Of a stretch of DNA of 64,000 nt, positions 56,994-64,000 are shown one piece after another. Numbering within the stretch: position 1 is the first letter of the stretch; every line of letters starts with the position of its first letter. Source of the DNA: Blastocystis sp. Blastoise. Lineage: Eukaryota > Protista > Bigyra: Opalinata. The stretch spans positions 372,001-436,000 of the forward strand of contig JBBPEB010000015.1 in the NCBI GenBank assembly GCA_039096225.1, given 5' to 3'. The translations under genes were made by a program, and so were the position numbers. Under the pieces are notes generated by a model. That model ran no database searches and was not told where the DNA came from. It worked only from the letters and a program-made list of their open reading frames with translations.

Positions 56994-59969
56994 ATGGGAA
57001 AGACTAAGTGTGTTTATAATGCTTGCGATGCTACAACATTCATTGTAGTTTGTTGCACTCTTATTATGAGTATCATTTGTACTTTAAATACAAATAAAGT
57101 ATATTATATTATTTTTTTATTATGATTACAATAATCCTATGAAATAGACTTGGATCAATAAAACTCTTTGGTCTTATAGTATTCCTTTAAGAGATACTCA
57201 CTGGAGTGTTGATGCTGGTACCATTGTTTCTGTTAATTTTGATAGTACAATTACTGTTGGTGGAGGTTTAACTGTTTATAAGGATCTTAGATTGAAGACT
57301 ACTGATCTTATGATGAACGTTAGAACTTGTGGCTTATCTGATATGATTTATCTTGCTGCTTACAGAGGTGGACTTAAAGCTTTATCTATTGATTTTGAAG
57401 AATACAGCCATGATGATTATGAAGTATTTTTATCTCATTTATGTGAATAAATGTATCGATTTGTGTTTTGATATATAGATTGAATTACCTTTGACTAAGG
57501 ATGAAAAGATTCGTGATATTGATGATATTATTTGTCTTGATAGATATCATGCCGTTATTATTGGTGGAGGTGAGCTTCTTCCTCTTACTGTAAACTATAC
57601 TTTTGTTGATCATTCCATTAAATTCACAATTCAAACTGGTATTTTATATGTTTATAATATAATTTATTGTTATATATAAATATAATTTATTGTTATATAT
57701 AAACATAATTTATTGTTATATATAAATATAATTTATTGTTATATATAAATATAATTTATTGTTATATATAAACATAATTTATTGTTATATATAAATATAA
57801 TTTATTGTTATATATAAATATATAAGAAATTATATACTTGATGATGTAAAAAATAATAATTGTATTTATTTTTTATAGGACAAGTATTCCAATTTGCTGC
57901 TGGGTATGATGCTTATCCTCATTCTGATACTATGGGTTCAGAAAAGAGTATTTGTGTTACATTTGAGGGTGATAGTAACGATGATTCTCTTTATACTTTT
58001 GTTGCTACATTAAGTGGAGAAGGAGCTAGTGCCACTTTTGGTAGTCCCACTATTATGAAATACTCTGAAAAGTATTCTTATCATCAAATTACTGGTATGT
58101 TTTTGCTTATATAATATATGTAATATATATATATATAATATATATAATATATATAAAAAATATATAATATATATAAAAAATATATAAAATATATATATAA
58201 TATATATAATATATATAATATATATAATATATATAATATATATAATATATATAATATATATAATATATATAAAATATATAATATACTATATAATATACTA
58301 TATAATAGACTATATAATATACTATATAATATACTATATAATATACTATATAATATACTATATAATATACTATATAATATACTATATAATAGACTATATA
58401 ATAGACTATATAATAGACTATATAATAGACTATATAATAGACTATATAATAGACTATATAATAGACTATATAATATATATATATATATACTATATATAAT
58501 ATATAATATACTATATATATATAGGTTTAAGAGGTGATCGTTTTGTTGTTGTTGCTGCTGGTGCTTTAGTATTCCATAATCATACTCAAGAAGCTATTCG
58601 TTGTCGTCTCATTCAATATAATAAAAATACTGGTACTATGACCTTAGGTAATTGGACTAATGTTCCTGATGCTTCTACTGTCACCTATTTTGCCGTTGAT
58701 AAGTATATTATTCTTAATAATTCTTTTTATTATATTTCATGTGTTATAATATATATATTACTATAAATAAAATTATTAATTCAATATCTATGAATGTCAT
58801 ATTCAATAAACAATATATATATAGTTTTGATGATGATGATATAGTTCTTGTTTACTTTAATGAACATGGTACTGAGGGTATGATTGCTCAAAAGATTGAA
58901 TATAGTCCTTCTACTGAAAGTCTTTCATTTGGTGCTAACTTTGTATTAAAAGCTATTTCTGGTGAAAATAGTTTAGAAAGATTGAAGATGAAGATGTTAT
59001 CTCCTACTAGATTTGGTGTTTTCTATGATGATATTGCTACAGAAAATTCTCAAGGTTTATCTTTTATTCAAGGTATTATGACTGATGATGGTGAAATTGA
59101 AGCATGTGGCGGAGAAATGACTATTGTTGAAGCTAGAAGAGAAGTATATATTATTTATATATTATTTATATATTATTTATATATTATTTATATATTATTT
59201 ATATATTATTTATATATTATTTATATATTATTTATATATTATTTATATATTATTTATATATTATTTATATATTATTTATATATTATTTATATATTATTTA
59301 TATATTATTTATATATTATTTATATATTATTTATATATTTTTCTTCTTAAACATACATTATATTTTTTTTTATAATATAAAATAATATTATTTATAATAT
59401 CTATTTTTATCATTTTATTCTTCTCTTTTTTTTTACTATATTATATCTCAACTCTAGCCATGGAAGTTTGTCTATTATGATATTGCTATGCTTAGTATGG
59501 AACGTTTTGTCTTTGTTGAATCTTATGGTACCTCTCGTGTATATATATTATATTATATTATTTATATGCTATATTATTATTTATATAATATAATATGATT
59601 TATATATTATTAGTTATATAATATAATATGATTTATTTATTATATAAATAGTCTAATTATGCTTCTGTTTCTCTTGGTGTTCAGAAATTCTTACCTATTG
59701 GTATTACTTCTGAAAGTTTCTTTGGAGGTGCTAAAGTTAATTTCGGTGGTCTTTATTATGCTCCTGATGGTGTCACTTTCACTCCTGGTTATTCTTATTT
59801 CACTGATTCTCGTGGTAGATTTATCAGAGGTGAACCTGTTGGTTGGAATCATCAAGATGAAGATGAAAGCTATTATATCAATAGTCGTGAAGATAACATT
59901 ATTGTTTCCAGTAGCAATCTTATTGGTTATGCTGTCGCTACTAATATTCTTATGATTCAAACTGCCTAA
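56994..59969 (+). CDS. Uncharacterised N-terminally anchored beta-rich protein, paralogue B (8 exons)
   Basis: Collinear with paralogue A (GQVFQFAAGYD, KYSEKYSYH, RFGVFYDDIAT, PIGITSESFFGGAKVNFGGLYYAPDG). Confidence 0.8.
58120..58520. repeat. Intronic minisatellite (TATAATAT/GACTA 12-mers plus TA-rich units)
   Basis: Direct observation. Confidence 0.9.
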
Positions 59970-60160
59970 ACAAATAGAAAATATTATAACTTTTATATTT
60001 CTATGATGTTGTTTTGTTTTAATGTATCAATTATATAAAAATATACATAAAAATGCTTTTATTTTCAAAACATTTAGTTTAAAATATACATATTTTTATT
60101 TAAAAAATATATATAAGTCATTTTTATTAGTATTTATTCTGTGAAATTATTTAACAAAAA

Positions 60161-60242
60161 TGCACGCTGCGGGGTTTGAACCCGCGCATGAAAACATACC
60201 AGCGCCTAAAGCTGGCCCCTTAGACCACTCGGGCAAACGTGC
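60161..60242 (-). tRNA. tRNA-Leu (anticodon UAG)
   Basis: GCACGTT/AGCGTGC acceptor stem, CCGAGTGGTCTAAGG D-arm, CCAGC-TTTAGGC-GCTGG anticodon arm, long variable arm, GGTTCAAACC T-arm, discriminator A. Confidence 0.95.
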
Positions 60243-60393
60243 TATATCGATTTGCTTTGTTCTCAGCTATTTAAAGAAGAACATTTGCTAATTATGGATG
60301 TTTGTGTTTATTTTTTTATATACCCTAGAAAATTCCAGATAATCGTTAAACTGTGGATAAAATTTTTATAAGAATATTTTGTTGATATAAGGT

Positions 60394-61035
60394 ATGTCTG
60401 GAACGAAACGAAGAACAAATTATAGAAAATCAGTTACAAAAAGTGTAATGGATGATTATCCTTTACCTGAGGAAGATGAAGTTGTCGCTCGTATTAATCA
60501 TTCTCGTGGAGGAAACATATTTGAAGTTTTATGCCAAAACAATGAAGTATCTCTTGCTTTGTTGCCAACAAAATTTAAAAAACTCATTTGGATGAAAAGA
60601 GGTGATTTTGTGATTTTATCACAGGCAGCAGGAGATATTCAAATTGCTAATGGAAAGAGTAATGGAGTTCGTTATTTAATTCAACATATTTTAAAGGAAG
60701 ATCAAATAAAATATATCAAAAAGGAAGGAAAATGGTATATATTCATATTTATTAAGTTTTGTTTTTAATTATTGTTTATATATATATATTTATATATATT
60801 TATCTATGTTTTTTTTTTATTAATTTTATGAATGTATAGGCCAGAAAATTGGCCAGCTCCTGAGGTTTCTTCTAGTTTATCTGTGAATGAAGAGAATAAT
60901 AAAAAAGAAAAAGTTGATGAAATAAAAGAAGATAAGGAGAGTATGGATGAAGATGATGAATATAACGATGATTCTGATGATTTTGCAGATATGGGTGAAA
61001 ATACAAATGTTCGACAAAGAACTTATTCTGAATAA
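60394..61035 (+). CDS. EIF1AD: eIF1A-domain RNA-binding protein (2 exons)
   Basis: SRGGNIFEV, LPTKFKKLIWMKRGDFV, IKKEGKW|PE, acidic tail. Confidence 0.9.
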
Positions 61036-61443
61036 TATAGATATATATATTTACTAATTATATTGTTATTAATAATCCTTTTTATGTATTGTCTTATGTC
61101 TTATTTTGTTTTTTTCTTTTTAAAGAATCTGTAACTTATTTTGGGGTATTTCTTTCTTTTTTTTTGTTATTTTTCAACTATGTTTTTATGTTAAAATATT
61201 TTTGTTTTGTTAGTCAATTATTTTTATGTATATATTGTTTATTTTAAAGATTCATATTCTGAAATGAAGTGTTCAATAATTTATATGATAATATGAGAAA
61301 AATGAATATGAAAAGGTACTATCATATTTACAAACAAACAAAAAATGTAGTTCACAAAGTGAGAAATTAAAAAAAAATAATAATTGTATATATTGGTATT
61401 TATAAAGATGATTTGAAAGGATAAAAAAAGCGACCAAAATAAA

Positions 61444-61514
61444 TTAAAGTTTAATAGCATACACAGTTACTATAACAAATACATTTCCGTTATCATAAGT
61501 AACAGTACAGGTAC

Positions 61515-61580
<66 letters not shown>

Positions 61581-62095
61581 GAGATATACTATTTATGAAT
61601 GATCATAAATAAAGAATAACTATAATATTATTGAGATAATATAACATGATATAATATAACATTATATACCATCATTCTTATTATCCCAGAATGAAGATGA
61701 ACCAACATACATTCCAGCATCTTTCTTTTGGAATATACATACATGAGCTATAAAAAATAAAATTATGTATAGAGTCAATAGAAGAGGATAAAGTTAAAAA
61801 AAAAAGAACTAGAAAAATGAAAATAGTTAAGAAATTATAAGTTTCTTTAAAATGTGATTCACAAAAAAGAAAAAAGAAAAAAATTAACAAATATATATAT
61901 ATATATATCAACAAATAAAATACTAATTAATTTAAATTCACATAATGCTTCTCTTAAAATAGTTTGAACTTGAGAACATATTGTATCAGACCATGTTTTA
62001 GTATCCATTTGTTTATATTCACTAGAACCAACAACGTCAGAGATAATTTGTCTAATTTTAGGTTGAAGAGCAGGAGAAGCTTCACTGAAAGACAT
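61444..62095 (-). CDS. Dynein light chain, Tctex-1 family (3 exons)
   Basis: WSDTICSQV, FKLITHVCIFQKKDAG, FWDNKNDG, VIVTVYAI. Confidence 0.88.
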
Positions 62096-63563
62096 TTTAA
62101 AGACTTTAATACAAATCACAAGAGATATAAGTAAAAAAAGAATTGTTTTTTTGATAAAATATTATTTTTTGGAGATTCTTCTTACTAAGAGGTATTTTTG
62201 AGATTCTCTCCTGGTTATTTACATTATTTAATAATATCATCATAATTGTTCTATTTTATTGTCATATAGTATATAGTTGCTTATATACTGATGAAGCAGT
62301 CATCTATGATATAATGAGCCTAATTTAGTATGGTATCAATATTATTTTATGTGAGTTGAGGTGTTCAATTCTTTATTAAATATGTTTTTTTAACTGCTTC
62401 TTGTATAACATGGTAAATAAGAGAATAGCAGATAATTTCTATTGTTCATAAGTAACAATTTGGGAGACGATTTTTATAAATTCTTGCGACCTATACTATA
62501 AAACTCATTATAAATTTATAAAAACAGTCTTCTAACAACTCTATAAGGATTATATATTTATAAATTGATAATTAAATACAATATATCACTTGTTCATTAT
62601 TTTCATACATTTTTAACGAGTAAATAGTTATCTAAGTCTTAGAGTCATTCTGAATTTGATGAAAACAAGGATATTAAATGAAATAAACTAAGTATCTTCA
62701 TTGAATACTGACTTATTAGATTCTTTTTTGATTTCTTCATATTCTACTCTAATTATTATTTCAATAGAAATAGTCACACATTCTGAGTATTCTAAATTAA
62801 TTTTCTGTTATGGAGAATAACTTATGTTTAAAATTTAATATTTTTAACCACCGTTTATAATAAATTATGAACCTATTTTTATTTTAAATTATGATATGTT
62901 CGGTGTTACATCAATAAATTTAGTCAATACTTACTTTGTCATGAAATCATTCACTAATTAATGTCAAAATAATTATATAAGAACATTATAATTATGAATA
63001 TCTATTTATCACATTTTATACAAATCAAAATACATACGTAATTGTTTAAATTGTATCGCATTAAACCCAGCAATTGAGTAGATATGGTGTACAATGTATT
63101 ATTTTCTTCATATTTTGTGCTCTACGTCAGTTACTTGATATAAATATTGTAGAAAAGAAGAAAAAGATAAAACGAATATGTAGAATAGAGAGGATTTATA
63201 AATTATATCTCTGTTTTAAGTAATTCTATTCTCTTTTAGGTAAATCATTAAGATGTGGAAATATTTCTTTATGATAAAAATAAGAAATGTTAATGATTGT
63301 ACACGCTTCTCTTTTCCAGAATTCTTTCTAGTTCTCCTGTTTCTCCATATCAGTGTCTCTTTATTTCCTATGATTATTTGAGATTTTGTTTTTGTTTCAT
63401 TTTCTCCAATAATTACTCTACTTCTCTTAACAGGAACCAATAATTTATTCATTATAAATAAAAATGGAAGAAGCAACCAATCTCAATTTTTTTATTTATA
63501 AGGTGTGTTCTATAGACTACAGGTAATTCTTGTATGACTCCTCTTCTGATTAATCTATAAATT

Positions 63564-64000
63564 ATGATGAAGATAAAAGGAACACATACACAGAAACCGA
63601 AAGAAATTGATATTTCAAAAGAAAAGTCTAAATGTTTATTATACCCACCTTCAAATGAGATATGCTACTATTGTCATTCATATCCAACTATTGTAGATCA
63701 AATGGAGTATCTGATTATCCAACTAATTCTTGTTTATTGATAATTATTTAGATGTAAGAACATGGATCCTTTTGTCTATGAAGCTCTTATTGAAAAGGGA
63801 TGGATAAGAAGTGGTAATATCTTCTATAAGTCAACTCCATGTCAACTTTGTCCAGAATTTTCAATTATTATCGATCCATTTTTATGGAGTCCTCGAAAAA
63901 GAGTTCATAAAGCTCTCAAACGTTTTTCAAAACCAATAAAACTAAGTCAAGAGTTGATTTCTTCTCTTCAAGAACCATCAATACCAAATTACTTAAAAGA
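63564..64000 (+). CDS. ATE1: Arginyl-tRNA--protein transferase, 5' part (truncated by window end)
   Basis: CYYC, YEALIEKGWIRSGNIFYK, CQLCPEFSI, KALKRF across one GT-AG intron. Confidence 0.75.

Noticed and set aside
57655-57820. Regular 23-nt repeat array considered as CRISPR-like
   Set aside because: No unique spacers; intronic minisatellite in a eukaryote.

Overview
Very AT-rich, gene-dense, intron-rich eukaryotic nuclear DNA. It is most likely an AT-rich Blastocystis-type anaerobic stramenopile. This is an inference from a class I fumarase with an organellar presequence, a large Ig-like/carbohydrate-binding surface protein and U12 introns. I reconstructed about 24 protein genes by hand through their introns: a signal-peptide kinase, RPS12, USP16/45-like, NAR1/CIAO3, RPL27, an ankyrin protein, BCCIP, DHX40-like, fumarase, MAD1, SLC25A38, TATDN1, KsgA/Dim1, UTP23, importin-5-like, two tandem paralogues with a phage-like C-terminus, EIF1AD, Tctex-1, partial ATE1 and several unknowns. 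There is also tRNA-Leu(UAG) and a 1.5-kb non-autonomous TIR element. The main signal is splicing. Most introns (roughly 130 by manual count) are GT-AG. Besides these, two textbook U12 AT-AC introns and one GC-AG intron occur. Several conserved genes also restore best, or only, with introns that have unusual ends (GT-AC, AT-AC without U12 consensus, AT-AG, GT-AA, GT-AT), usually flanked by short direct repeats. This suggests a spliceosome with relaxed terminal-nucleotide rules. All gene models are manual and unverified by RNA data.
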